Shown here: positions 25,242 through 38,290 of the stretch, one piece after another
Numbering within the stretch: position 1 is the first letter of the stretch
How the letters are laid out: the number at the start of each line of letters is the position of its first letter
Assembly: GCF_020745735.1 (NCBI RefSeq)
Contig: NC_083430.1
Span: forward strand, 52,567,375-52,631,374
DNA length: 64,000 bases
Direction of reading: 5' to 3'
From: Hemiscyllium ocellatum
Lineage: Eukaryota
Made by a program: the position numbers and the translations under genes
The notes under the pieces: model-generated
What the model was told of the DNA's origin: nothing
What the model saw: the letters and a program-made list of their open reading frames with translations, nothing else
The model's database searches: none

Positions 25242-25366
25242 AGCTGAAAATGTGTTGCTGGAAAAGCGCAGCAGGTCAGGCAGCATCCAAGGAACAGGAA
25301 ATTCGACGTTTCAGGCATAAGCCCTTCATCAGGAATCGTCCAGCATCTGCAGACCTCACTTTTTCC
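25242..25366 (-). mobile_element. Short Penelope-derived insert with hammerhead motif
   Basis: TSD tggataatgatcag at 25228-25241 and 25367-25380. Confidence 0.8.
25301..25336 (-). ncRNA. Minimal type I hammerhead ribozyme motif
   Basis: AUUC-CUGAUGA-A-GGGC(uuau)GCCU-GAAAC-GUC-GAAU: stem I AUUC/GAAU, GUC cleavage triplet. Confidence 0.75.
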
Positions 25367-26136
25367 TGGATAATGATCAGCCCAGGATGATGAATAGCTA
25401 TTAATGGGGACTGTCAGTGGCTAACACAGAATAAGACAAAAGATTTTTGTCAACAATCGTTAACATGTTGATGTGAGGTGTGAATACCATCTCAACGTTA
25501 ACTACTACAGCATCAACAAATTCATTATTTAAGTTGGTTCAGGGCAGAGGGGTGGCTGTGTGTAACTGCACAGGTCCCAGTAATGTGGTATATCGGGTAT
25601 ATGAGACATTTCTTTTTCAAGTCCCACTCCGGCCCCCATCTACAACACTCTCTCTCTGGGATGCCAGTGACATCATCGGCGCTGATTCCCTCCCTCGTCC
25701 GGAACTGGAAAGGTTGATCAATTTCCACCTTGCTCTGACCTTCACCTGATCCATCTCTGACTCCTCCTTTCCCTTCCTCAACACCTTTTGTTTTCCATCT
25801 CTGGGGATGGCTGGTCACCAGTAACCATTACAAACCCAATGTCTCTCACAGTTACCTTGACTATACATCCTCACATCCTGCTTCCTGTAAAGACTCCATT
25901 CCATTCTCCCAGTTCCTCTGTCTCTGTCACATCTGTTTAGATAAGGCCAACTTCAACAAGGGGGATTCTGAAGCGTCCAGCTTCTTCCTCATCTGAGGAT
26001 TCCCCAGCACCAATATTGACAGGGCCATCAGCCAGGTCTGACCCCTATCCCGCACTTCCACACCTACCGCCACTCATCCCTTCCAAAGCAGTGATAGGGT
26101 CTTCCTCATCTTCTCCTACCCACCAACCAGCATCTA

Positions 26137-26482
26137 CAGGGGAGGTGATGGCCTACAGACATTATCACCTAACCATTAATCCAGAGACCCCAGTAATGTT
26201 CTGGGGACTCAGGTTGGAAACCCACCATGGCAGATGGTGCAATTTGAATTCAATAAATATCTGGAATTAAGAGTCTAATCATGACCATGAATCCATTGTT
26301 GATTGTTGGAAAATCCCTTCTGGTTTACTAATTTCGTTCAGGGAAGGAAACTGCCATCCTTACCTACTTGTGACTCCTGACTGTGTAATGTGGTTGAACC
26401 TTAACTGTCCTCTGGGCAATTAGAGATGGGCATTAAATGCTCACCTAGCCAGCATCATCCACGTTCTGAAATGAATTTTTAA
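26137..26482 (+). mobile_element. SINE sharing its 3' tail with the second LINE family
   Basis: B-box-like ggttggaaacccacc; tail ggcaattagagatgggcattaaatgct; a second copy lies at ~41960-42300. Confidence 0.65.
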
Positions 26483-27124
26483 GAAATCCACAAACTGCAG
26501 ATGATCAGTTGCCATTTCTGTCACCTCCAATGAGATGCCTCTAGCAGGCACACCCCTCCCCTCCCTTGTCAGTGTTCTGCAGGGACCATTCCCTCTGGGA
26601 CACACTGGTCAACTCCTCCTCACTCCCAACATCGCCCCACAGCCCATGGTACTTGCCCCTATAACTGCAGAAGGTGTAATATCTGCCCATTTACTTCCTC
26701 CCTCCTCTGTATCCATGCGCCCAAACACACTTCCCAGATGAAGCAGCACTTTCCCTGCACTTCCCACAATCTAGCCAACTGTATTCACTGCTCACAATGT
26801 GGTGTCATCTACATTGAGGAGTCAAAGCATGGAACTAGGTGACTGCTTCACAGACCATCTACATTCTGTCCCACAAAAAGACCCTAATCTTCCAGTTGCT
26901 TGCCACTTTAACACCCCACCCTATTCCCTGGCCAATATCTCTGTCTCAGGCTTGCTGCAGTGCTCCAGTGAAGCTCAGCGTAAGATGGAAGAATAGGACC
27001 TCATTTTCTGCTTGGGGACCCTGCAGCCTTCTGGACTCAATATCAAGTTCAACCTTCTCCCATCTCCTTACCCCAACCCCCACACACCAGGCCTTGTTAT
27101 CACATGATCTGCTATTACACACAG

Positions 27125-27311
27125 ACGAACGTGGGTACTGCAGATGCTGGAGATTAGAGTCAAGATTAGAGTAGTGCTGGAAAAGCACAGCAGGTCAGGC
27201 AGCATCCGAGGAGCAAGAAAAATGACATCAGGGTTTTTTGTCCGAGGAGTTGATTTTCCTGCTCCTCGGATGCTGCCTGATCTACTATGCTTTTCCAGCA
27301 CTACTCTAAAC
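27125..27311. mobile_element. Fold-back Penelope-derived insert
   Basis: 16-bp TSD ctgctattacacacag at 27109-27124 and 27312-27327; inverted arms. Confidence 0.85.
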
Positions 27312-28584
27312 CTGCTATTACACACAGCCCATTGGTAGCCATGAGTACTCCCCATTAGTAGCTATTCATTCTCCCAAGCTGATCGTTATCCATTCATTTT
27401 TCTATCCACCTGTCCTTGCTCTCTACCTCCACATATCATTTAGTCCTTACCCCTCTACCCCTATCCTCTCTTCTGCAGAAAAAAAAACTTTTTTTTCTAG
27501 CTACCATTATACCTGAAGAAGAGTCAATTGTACCCAAAACGTTAATTCTGATTTCTCTCCACAGATGCTTCCAGACCTGCTGAGATTTTTCTGTTTTGGT
27601 TTCAGATTTTCAGCACCTGCAGTTCTTTTGTTTTTTTTAACCCATAGAAGGGCTTCCTTCCCCCAATCTCATCACACTGATCACAAAGTGGGGGTGGGGT
27701 ATTTTGGCATTGCCAAGGCAGCACTGAAAGCTGTAGTTTGAGAACAATATAATGAGAGGTAACAAACAATAATCACAGAAGTAAAAACAAACCTCTGAAT
27801 TAAGAAAAACAAAGGAAAAAATCAGATCTCTGACAATAATCAGTTAAATAAAACAAATACTAGAACATCTTTTAACTGTATCTTGTCTATTAAAGCTCTC
27901 TTCTAAATGTCTTTCCACATTTTGACAACTTTAATGGAAATAGTTCTGTGGTGGTGAGTTTCACATTCTCCCCACTCTCTGGGTAAAAGTGTTTCCTTTG
28001 AATTCCCTATTGGATTTATTACTGACATTTTTTAAATTTATGATTCCCACTGTTAGGTTGCCAACAAGTGGTGTCATGTTTTCTGTGTCTACCTATCAAA
28101 CCACCTTCATTTTAAAGACCTCGCTCAAGCCATCCCTCAGTCTACCCTTCCCTGGTGATTTGATTTGATTTATTGTCATCAGATGTGCCTAGGTACAGTG
28201 AAAAACTTTGTTTTGTGAGCAATGCAAGCAGATCATACCAAAAAAGGACATACAGATCTAAGGGTGCTTAGACAGAGTGAGGCATACAAGCTTGCAGCTG
28301 CACAGGAAAATCAATGTTAGATTTGAAATTAGAGAGAAAAGAAATCTGACTTGTTCCTGAATGAAACCAAAGATGCTGCCTGACCTATTGTGTATTCTCA
28401 GCAATTCTGTTTTTATCGCAGCTCAGTAAATTTGGTTATAAACTCTCCCTACCAATACAAACATGCAATTGTTTTCTAACATGTAATTAAAAGCAAAATA
28501 CATGAGAAATATCTCTTTCTAAAACAAGATGAAACGTATCTTGAATCTATAAAACCCACAGAACATAAAATAAATTCTGCTTAC

Positions 28585-28691
28585 CTTGTTGTATATTTAG
28601 AATTATACATTCACTGTTGAAGGTGAAGTCCTGTCTGCGATATCCCAGATTGATAATTAGACCACAGCCAGGCAGTTTTTCTCCAATGTGC
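28585..28691 (-). other. Candidate non-coding exon, duplicate 1 (probably connexin 5' UTR)
   Basis: Pyrimidine-rich tract, gattatag| ... aacaag|GTAAGC; homologous to 30067-30180. Confidence 0.5.
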
Positions 28692-29224
28692 CTATAATCA
28701 GAGGCAGAAACAGTTTGAAATAAAACATAAAGTGGCAAGGACAAATGAAGAATGTAGGTGGACTGGCTATAAAGGGACATTGTTTCACTAAATGGTCTTC
28801 TATTGTTCCTCTAGAGTGACAAAGACATCATTCTACACTAACTTCCTCTTCCCTGCATTCCCACTGTATAAACTCCAAATTTGTCTCTGACACCAATGCT
28901 AACACAAGAGCTTGATGTTACAGAATTCTTTATATTCCTCCACTATTCATGTATCTCGCATACATATTTTTAACAAACAAACCTATGACATTTCTTTGCT
29001 AAGATCTCTCAATTTCAATTCAGTTTATCTGATCGAGGTGAGCGTTTATACTCACATGAGTCTCCTCCCACAAACCTTCACCTAATCCTATCCGGGTTAC
29101 ATCCTGTTCCTTTCTCCCCTTTGTGTCTATCCAGCTTTCCTTTAAATAATTCCACACAATTTGCCTTAACTGCTCCCTGTGATGGTGCATTCCATAGTCT
29201 CACTATTCCCTCGGGGGAATACCT

Positions 29225-29530
29225 CCAGCCTTGCAGTCCATCCTCGGGTGATTGTCTGTGTGGAGTTTGCACATTCCCCACTGGTGTCTGCATGGGTTGA
29301 TTCCAGGTGGACTGGTTTCCTCCCACAGTCCAAAGATGTGCAGGTTGGGTGGATTGACCATGCTAAATTGCCCAAATGTGTAGACTAGATGGATTAACCA
29401 TAGGAAGTACACGGTTACAGGGATGTGGTAAGGGGCTGGGTCTGGGTGGGATGCTCTTCAGAGGGTCAGAGTAAACTCGATGGGCCAAATAGCGTACTTC
29501 AGACTATAGGGATTCTGTGATTCTACAATT
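29225..29530 (+). mobile_element. HE1-type SINE, 5'-truncated, within a CR1 3' remnant
   Basis: ctgtgtggagtttgcacattc..ggtttcctcccacagtccaaagatgtgcagg.. Confidence 0.85.
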
Positions 29531-29699
29531 CCTTTTATAAAGAATTTCTTTTTGATTTATTAGTAACTATCTTATATTTTCAATTCATACATTTGGCCAG
29601 TCCCTAAGTAACTTCTCCATATTTATAAGAAACATTTCCTTAACTTTAAATATCCTTTGCTTCCATTTTAGTCAGGTTAAGAACACCAGCTGTTCAAAC

Positions 29700-29900
29700 A
29701 GACGCAAAATACTCTGGATGCTGGAACTCTGAAACAAAAACAGAAACTCAGCAGGTCTGGCAGCCTCTGCCTAGAGAGAAAGAGAGTTAATGTTTCTAGT
29801 CCAATGAAGAGTTAAATCAGACTCAGAAGTTAACTCAGTTTCTCTCTCCACAGATGCTACCAGACCCTGCTGAGTTCCTCCAACACTTTCTGTTGCTATG
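29700..29900. mobile_element. Fold-back Penelope-derived short element
   Basis: aactcagcaggtctggcagc..agagttaa is inverted against ttaactc..gctaccagacc.tgctgagtt. Confidence 0.7.
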
Positions 29901-30066
29901 CCAGTGTATTCAATCCTTCCTTATAGTTTTAACCTCTCAGTTCTGATGGCACCCTTGCAGACCTTTCAAAGATAATTAAAGGCAAAACTTTATGGGAAAA
30001 TCAATTTTCCTTCAACTATGAATTGCATTTTTAATCCAGAAAGCACAAAGGATAAATTCAGCTTAC

Positions 30067-30180
30067 CTTGTTCTATGTTTAGAATGACAATTTCACTGTG
30101 GAAAGTAATACATGGAAACCCTGTCTAAATTATCCCAGGCTGATATCTAGACTGAAACTAGAGAGATTTTCATCTTGTGG
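30067..30180 (-). other. Candidate non-coding exon, duplicate 2
   Basis: gattacag| ... aacaag|GTAAGC; homologous to 28585-28691 with a net 7-nt indel and in-frame stops. Confidence 0.5.
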
Positions 30181-31147
30181 CTGTAATCAGCAGCAGATCC
30201 AGGTGAAGTAAAAACAAAAAGAGGCATCCACAAAGGAAGAATGTAGATCAACCAGCTATGAACAATTCAATTTCTTCTTCTGATGTTGTGATAGATTTTG
30301 AACATGGTTCAGAATAAATTTTAAAAAGCATCAGGGTCTTTGATATCACAAACACATCTTTGTGATATTTTGATACTGGAGTGTAAATATTACTAAGATA
30401 TTTGGATGGATTGCACATCCTTTTAAATGCAGAGTAAGGAATGGCCAGGACTGCTGATGTAAGAACATATTTGGGAGTGGCGTAGCAACCCCACACTGTA
30501 CCCAATAATGTGAATGGAAAATTTCCTGTTGGCAACTTCAAAGTTTCTGTTTTGACATGGATGAAAATAGACTATCAGGATACTGTGCAGTTGATATTCA
30601 ATCACAATAATTATTAATAAAGACATAGAACTTTATTGTTTGACTCCTGGCAGCCAGTTGGAGAAGGAAGCGACCAGTCGTCAATTTTTAACTGTTTTTG
30701 ATTGTATTCACGAAGTGGAAACATCACGAGTGTGGAGCTCCTATTTCGACTTGCGAATACCATTGTCCATAAGTGCCCCTTTATACTTGTTTGCGTAAAC
30801 AAGAATAAAATTAACCAATTGACAGCCACTTAAAGGGCACTAGAACAAAAACAAGCTTTAAAGAAAACCTATCAAATTAAAATACCATTTTGGGGAGTGT
30901 GCTCAAGTAATTATCCAATAAATACCATCTCGCTGTATTGTTAAGATTAACTTGCACAGTTAATATTTACCCTATCAAGTGAGTTCAGCTGTTCAAATTC
31001 ATTATTTAAATACAAGTAGTTCTTCTATAACATGATGGTTGTATTCTTGTGCAGCCCCATGTTGTAGAAAAATCATACTTTAGAAACAGCACTTAAAGCG
31101 TTGGCGATGTATTCATGTTACAGCAAATATGCGTTAATGAAGCATGC

Positions 31148-31500
31148 GTTATTGCGTGCAGTTCTGCTCTCCTTCCTACCGGAAGGATGTTGTGAAACTC
31201 GAAAGGGTTCAGAAAAGATTTACAAGGATGTTGCCAAGGTTGGAGGATTAGAGTTATCGGGAGAGGTTGAATAGGCTGGAGCTGTTTTCCCCGGAGCGTC
31301 AGATGCTGAAGGGTGACCTTATGGAGGTTTACAAAATTATGAGGGGCACGGAGAGGATAAATAGACAAGATCTTTTCCCTGGGGTGGGGGAGTTCACAAC
31401 TAGAGGGCATAGGTTTAGAGTGAGATTAGGATATCTGGTCAGTATAAACAAGTTGGACCAAAGTATTTGTTTCTGTGTTGTACATCTCTATGACCCTATG
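31148..31500 (+). mobile_element. CR1 3' fragment with internal deletion
   Basis: CVQF, ERVQKRFTRML, KGDLMEVYKIM, TRGH. Confidence 0.85.
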
Positions 31501-33529
31501 ACCTGTACCTACATTGAGAGATTTTTGCTGCTGTCCAAATGGAAAAGGACAGACACCTGGAAAATCAAACCGATGTGTGTCCGGATTCCACCTCCCATTT
31601 GGTGCAAAAGCAGGTATTTCTGGCATACTGGAACATAATTTTGATTCGTACATCTAAAGGTGAACAGTAAGTTCTGCTCAAATAGACTGCTGACTTAAAA
31701 CAGGGCAATTGTAGAAGGAAAGAAATACTAGAATGATGGAAACAAATGGTACAATTTCTAAAATTCTTATTTTAAGCTTGTGAAATGCTGGCACTAAACA
31801 GTGAATCACCCACAGGACCTGTCAAACCAGAAAGGTTTGCCAGGCTTTGACTGAAGCAATTAGAAAAATATTTCTTCAGTTGCGTAACCAAGAAGGTTAA
31901 ATATCCAAAAGTCTTTCATCAATCTCAGACAGGAAACTCCTCACCTCCACCCTCCTTTAACCATGTGTATAATGTAGGGCTGTGAATCAATGTTCTCACG
32001 CATGTTGGGAGAATGGTGGGGGGGGTCACAGAAATATGAAGAAGAGAAAATGAGAGCTACAATAATAAAGAAAGTCACCAATTCCAGAAACTCTTCCTTC
32101 TGAAACCACAGACTTTCCCTGGATGATGTCTCAGAAGCCAATGGTTCAGATAAGAGTTATAATAAGAACCTGGTATCCAATCACAAACCAACCTCCAAAC
32201 ATCTGTTGAATACACTTCAAAACACAAAATTACTTGATTTAGCATATATCTATTTATGACATTCAACTTCCTTGAGAGCTTGGTACTGGTGCCGAGCTGT
32301 GTGATGCATTAACCTCTCCTGATCCAAGACCAAGGTATTAGTGGTTTTTGGGGGGAACTGGAAGACAAACAGTGACCTTTACTGGATTTTAAAACAAAGA
32401 CTGATGCTTTTCAAGGTTTAGACTCATTGAGGTGGTTTTCCCAGAATAATGTATGGTACAAAATTGTTTTAATGGAGAGTTTCACTAAAGTGAGCAAATT
32501 ATTCACCTTGGATCAGTTATGCCTGTGTTGATGGTCACAGTTGTTAGCTTAAAGATGATGGTGCTCATTGGAAAGACAAACAACATACAAATGATGAGTC
32601 TTGAAGACCTCTCTAATGCCTATCAAAGTAACAAATTTTATGGATTCTACTTTGCCTGGGGTCAGACCCTGTCTACTGTTCATACCTTTTGCTATGATTA
32701 GCACTGATTCTTACAGGATGACACAGTAATATACAAATCTAAATTTCCTTTAACATCAAAAAACATCACACGGCTCTCCAGAGGCGTAATCACTAGTAAG
32801 ATCAGTAACCAGGGCAAAGGACTCCCGGCCAAAAGTTCATCACAGAGGTGGATTTTGAATAGAATTTTGCTTGCCAGCTCATGTGATCAGCCACGAGACT
32901 TGCCCTGCTCACTGTATAATCTTTATAGCTGTCAACTCTGCACAGCTTTCTGGGCATTCTGAAGTCCTCTGTCGGCCGATCCTTTGTGAGCCAAGTCTCA
33001 GTGTCAAGTGCAATGATATACTGGACGGTGTTGCATTTGTTGATGTGAGATAATTATGGGAAGGATATTTTCATACGATTTCACTCATCTGAGACGAACA
33101 GGCTGCAAACCTCAACAAAGATTGCAATGGAGGTCCTGGGTAATCACCTGTTTACAGGTTCCTAAATGTTGATGTAGTGGATTAAAAAGGGCCTGCAGCC
33201 TAACTGCAGCATGCACCAAGATTCAATCATATAGAGAAAGAAAATGTTCTCCATCTCTTGGTCAGGTACCACAGCAAACCAAACATCATTGCTATTAACG
33301 CACAAACATTAACAGTTAGTGATTATTGCAGTATCACTACAACTTTAGTGCATAGCAGATTAAAATTACCAAAAGGTATGTTTTCACATCAACCTTGTAG
33401 GTTTGAGTTTTGACAAAAATCAGCTGAGTGTCAGTTTCGGGCATTTCCATGGAGGGTTTCTCTCTGTGAGTTCTAGTGAGTTCTCTCACACAGAACTCCA
33501 TTGCCCACCTCTGAAGGAATGCTCCATGG

Positions 33530-33900
33530 TCATATCATAGAACATTAGAGTTCAGGATCAGGCCCTTCGGCCCACTATGTCCATGCCAAGCATGACACCA
33601 TTGTTACCTAATCCCATCTGCCTGCACATGGTCCATATCCCTCTATTCCCTGCCTGACCACATGTCTGTCTAAAACTTAGCTATCATCTTTGCTTCTATC
33701 ACCTCCCCTGGTAGCAGACTCCAGGCACCTACCATCCTCTGTGGAAAAATCACTTGCCTCATATATCTCCTTTAAACTTTCTACCTCTCACCTTAAACCT
33801 TAGTATTTGACATTTTCACCCTGGGAAAAAGACTTCAACTATCCATGTCCCTCATAATTTTACTTCTAAAAGTTTGCCCTCAGCCTCTGACACTAGTGAA
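33530..33900 (-). mobile_element. CR1 3' fragment
   Basis: catagaacat..caggcccttcggccc.. 3' end reversed. Confidence 0.75.
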
Positions 33901-34424
33901 AACTAGAAAGTTTAGAAATAGAAATTGAAGCATAGGGAGGGCTATTTTACACCTATCTAAGAAGATATTAGCTCAAACAAAATCTCATTACCTTGTCTTT
34001 TATTTTGATATATATCATTTAAACACCTCCTTGGAAGATAGCTGTCAATTTCACAGTTCTCCAGAGTCAATCAGATCATTCTTTTTTTCTGATGTCGATG
34101 TGCAATGACCATCAGTTGACTTGCTTTGAAAACATTTGACAACCCTTGTTTTTAGAGGTCATTTTCTCATTTCAATCACAACTAAAAATACAGGAAAAGG
34201 TATTTTTTTACACAATTCTAAATCGTAACTTTCTGGTTAGGCATAGTAATACAAAGGAAATAAAGAGGAAGGGTAATATACCCAGAGAGGAGGAAAAAGG
34301 GGATGCCATTCCTCAGTAAAGAGATGGATAAGAGCAGTAATGAGAGACAAACAGAATATTACAGATGAACACAATTTAAAAAGGAACAGAACAGAGGTGA
34401 GAACAACAATCACAGAGAAACTTC

Positions 34425-34755
34425 TTTTTTATTTATTCATTCGCGGGATGTGGGTATCGCTGGCTGGGCCAACATTTATTGCACATCCCTAGTTGCCCTT
34501 GAAAAGGTGGGATGAGCTGCCTTCTTGAACTGCTGCAGTTCCCCTGCTGTGGGTTGATTCACAATGCCCTGAGGGAGGGAATTCCGGGATTTAGACCCAG
34601 CAACAGTGAAGGAACAGCAATATATTTCCAAGTCAGGATGGTGTGTGGCTCAGAGGCGAACTTGAAGACGGAGGAGTTCCAACATGTCTGCTGTCCTGCT
34701 TTACAGAAGTAGTCGTGGGTTTGGAAAGTGCTGTCTCAGGATCCTTGGTGAATTT
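34425..34755 (-). mobile_element. Second LINE family, 3' end
   Basis: tttattcattc..gggatgtggg..catttattg..ccctagttgccc; homologous to 11715-12100. Confidence 0.75.
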
Positions 34756-35030
34756 ACACAAATACATACAAACAAACCGACAGTACAAATGCAAACACAG
34801 AAATGGACACACATACAGAAACACAGATGCAGTCAGATCCTCTCAAACAGATACATACATGAACACAAACTCACAAACACACACATGGATGTCACTCAGA
34901 CCTGAACGCACAGAAGAACTCACATGCACATATATACACAAACACAGCACAAAGAAACACTCATATGGACACAGTACACATGGTCACACATGTATACAGA
35001 AAACATATCTCAAAAACATACACACACGAA
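34756..35030. repeat. Degenerate (CA)-rich microsatellite
   Basis: Dense acac/acat/acag runs. Confidence 0.8.
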
Positions 35031-35034
35031 TGGA

Positions 35035-37455
35035 AATACATAGAGTTATAGAGGTGTACAGCATGGAAACAGACCCTTCAGTCCAACTCGTCCATGCCGA
35101 CCAGATATCTCAACCCAATCTAGTCCCACCTGCCAGCACCCGGCCCATATCCCTCCAAACCCTTCCTATTCATATACCCATCCAAATGCATTTTAAATGT
35201 TGCAATTGTACCAGCCTCCACCACATCCTCTGGCAGCTCATTCCATACATGTACCACCCTCTGCGTGAAAAAGTTGCCCCTTAGGTCTCTTTTATATCTT
35301 TCCCATTTCACCCTAAACCTATGCTCTCTAGGTCTGGAATACCCGATCCCAGGGAAAAGATTTTGTCTATTTATGCTATCCTCATAATTTTGGAAACCTC
35401 TATATGGTCACCCCTCAGCCTCCGACGCTCCAAGGAAAACAGCCCCAACCTGTTCAGCCTCTCCCTGTAGCTCAGATCCTCCAACCCTGGCAAAATCCTT
35501 GAAAATCTTTTCTGAACACTTTCAAGTTTCCAACATCTTTCCGATAGGAAGGAGACCAGAATTGCAAGCAATATTCCAAAAGTGACCTGACCAATGTCCT
35601 GTACAGCCGCAACACGACCTCCCAACTCCTATACTCAATACTCTGACCAATAAAGGAAAGTATACCAAACGCCTTCTTCACTATCCTAGGTCTCCACTGC
35701 GGCTCCACTTTCAAGGAGCTATGAACCTGCACTCCAAGGTCCCTTTGTTCAGCAACACTCCCTAGGACCTTACCATTAAGTGTATAAGTCCTGCTAAGAT
35801 TTGCTTTCCCAAAATGCAGCACCTCACATTTATCTAAATTAAACTCCATCTGCCACTTCTCAGCCCATTGGCCCATCTGGTCAAGATCCTGTTGTAATCT
35901 GAGGTAACCCTCTTCGCTGTCCACTACACCTCCAATTTTGGTGTCATCTGCAAACTTACTAACTGTACCTCTTATGCTCGCATCCAAATCATTTATGTAA
36001 ATGACAAAAAGTAGAGGACCCAGCACCGATCCTTGTGGCACTCCACTGGTCACAGGCCTCCAGTCTGAAAAACAACCCTCCACCACCACCCTCTGTCTTC
36101 TACCTTTGAGTCAGTTCTGTAACCAAATGGCTAGTTCTCCCTGTATTCCATGAGACCTAACCTTGCCAATCAGTCTCCCATGGGGAACCTTGTTGAACGC
36201 CTTACTGAATTCCATATAGATCATATCTACTGCTCTGCCCTCATCAATCTTCTTTGTTACTTCCTCAAAAAACTCAATCAAGTTTGTGAGACATGATTTC
36301 CCACACACAAAGCCATGTTGACTATCCCTAATCAGTCCTTGCCTTTCCAAATACATGTACATCCTGTCTTTCAGGATTCCCTCCAACAACTTGCCCACCA
36401 CCGAGGTCAGGCTCACTGGTCTATAGCTCCCTGGCTTGTCATTACCAACCTTCTTAAACAATGGCACCACGTTAGCCAACCTGTGACTATCGATGATACA
36501 AATATCTCAGCAAGAGGCCCAGCAATCACTTTTCTAGCTTCCCACAGAGTTCTCGGGTACACCTGATCAGGTCCTGGGAATTTATCCACCTTTAACCATT
36601 TCAAGACATCCAGTACTTCCTCCTCTGTAATCTGGACATTTTGAAAGATATTACCATCTATCTCCCTACTGTCTATATCTTCCATATCCTTTTCCATAGT
36701 AAATACTGATGCAAAATATTCATTTAGTATCTCCCCCATTTTCTGTGGCTCCACACAAAGGCCGCCTTGATGACCTTTGAAGGGCCCTATTCTCTCCCTA
36801 GTTACCCTTTTGTCCTTAACATATTTGTAAAAACCCTTTGGATTCTCTTCAATTCTATTTGCCAAAACTATCTCATGTCCCCGTTTTGCCCTCCTGATTT
36901 CCCTCTTAAGTTTACTCCTACTTCCTTTATACTCTAAGGATACACTCGATCTGTCCTATTTATACCTGATATATGCTTCCTTCTTTTTCTTAACCAAATC
37001 CTCAATTTCTTTAGTCATCCAGCATTCCCTGTACCTACCAGCCTTCCCTTTCACCCTGACAGGAATATACTTTCTCTGGATTTTTGTTATCTCATTTCTG
37101 GATTTTTGTTATCCCATTTTCCAGCTGTCCCTTTACCTGCGAACATCTGCCTCCAATCAGTTTTCGAAAGTTCTTGCCTAATACCATCAAAATTGGCCTT
37201 TCTCCAATTTTGAACTTCAACTTTTAGATCTGGTCTATCCTTTTCCATCACTATTTTAAAACTAATAGAATTATGGTCGCTGGCCCCAAAGTGCTCCCCC
37301 ATTGATACCTCAGTCACCTGCTCTGCTTTATTTCCCAAGAGTAGGTCAGGTTTTGCACCTTCTCTAGTAGGTACATCCACATACTGAATCAGAAAATTGT
37401 CTTGTACGCACTTAAGAAATTCCTCTCCATCAAAACCATTAGCACTATGGCAGTG
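35035..37455 (-). mobile_element. CR1 LINE, 5'-truncated, ORF2 disrupted
   Basis: SDHNS, NPKGFYKY, SYRPVSLTS, SQHGF, GVPQGSVLGP, FADD, RGNFFTQRVV; (catagagt) tail. Confidence 0.95.
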
Positions 37456-37702
37456 CGCAAGACTAGAAACAGAATATAGTTAAATGTCAGAAATGATAAC
37501 AATATAAAATAATAGAATGAAGAATCATTAATATGTCGCCATGGTGGAAGCCACTTTTATAAATTGAAGGAAGTTATTCTGTCTGGGAACGGTGATGATA
37601 GATGAGAGCAGTTTTGGATGGATGTTGCACAAAATAGCAAGTGACACAAATTACATCACCATATGTAATTTCTTTCAATTTTTATTTTATAGAAAAAAAA
37701 GT

Positions 37703-38016
37703 GGGCAGCACAGAGGCACAGTGGTTAGCACTGCTGCCTCACAGTGCCAGAGACCTGGGTTCAATTCCCGCCTCAGGTGACTGACGGTATGGAGTTTGCA
37801 CATTCTCCCCGTGTCTGCGTGGGTTTCCTCCGGGTGCTCCGGTTGCCTCCCATAGTCCAAAAATGTGCAGGTCAGGTGAATTGGCCATGCTAAATTGCCC
37901 GTGGTGTTAGGTGTAGGGATAAATTTAGGAGAATGGGGCCTGGGTGGGTTGTGCTTCGGCGGGTCAGTGGGGACTTGTTGGGCTGAAGGGCCTGCTTCCA
38001 TGCTGTATCTAATCTA
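37703..38016 (+). mobile_element. HE1-type SINE, full length
   Basis: ggcacagtggttagcactgctgcctcacag..gggttcaattcc; V domain; (atcta)n tail. Confidence 0.9.
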
Positions 38017-38290
38017 AAAAAAATGTTGTGTTTTGTAAATAAATGTAAAGTGTTGTTGAACACCTACCTGTAATAACAATGCTCCCTTCTGGCATTGGCT
38101 ATGATATAAATAGTTATTACATTCAGATTTATTGGTCTGGACAATAACTGCAGTGGCTGTTGGACAGTCACTTTTAGACACAATCTAAGACAATACAACA
38201 GAGACAAGTGTTTGTTATAAAGTGGGCATTCGGTGCTCATTATCAAAGTAAAGGCAGAGGAAACAGTATCCTGGGCCCAATCCTGAAACA

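Larger units (their letters stand above)
24985..27640 (+). mobile_element. Degenerate Penelope-like (Neptune-type) retroelement with inverted 5' arm and nested inserts
   Basis: Remnant motifs QGRGVA..GPS, DIIG, YKP..SHSYLDYTSSHP, PVACHFN, QP.GLNI.F (RT and GIY-YIG); 24985-25200 is inverted to 27460-27640. Confidence 0.8.

Noticed and set aside
28547-28780. 77-aa ORF over duplicated exon 1 as a micropeptide
   Set aside because: The paralogous copy has an in-frame stop and a 7-nt indel.
34643-35284. 213-aa His/Thr-rich ORF
   Set aside because: Runs through a LINE fragment, a CA-rich microsatellite and an antisense CR1 tail.
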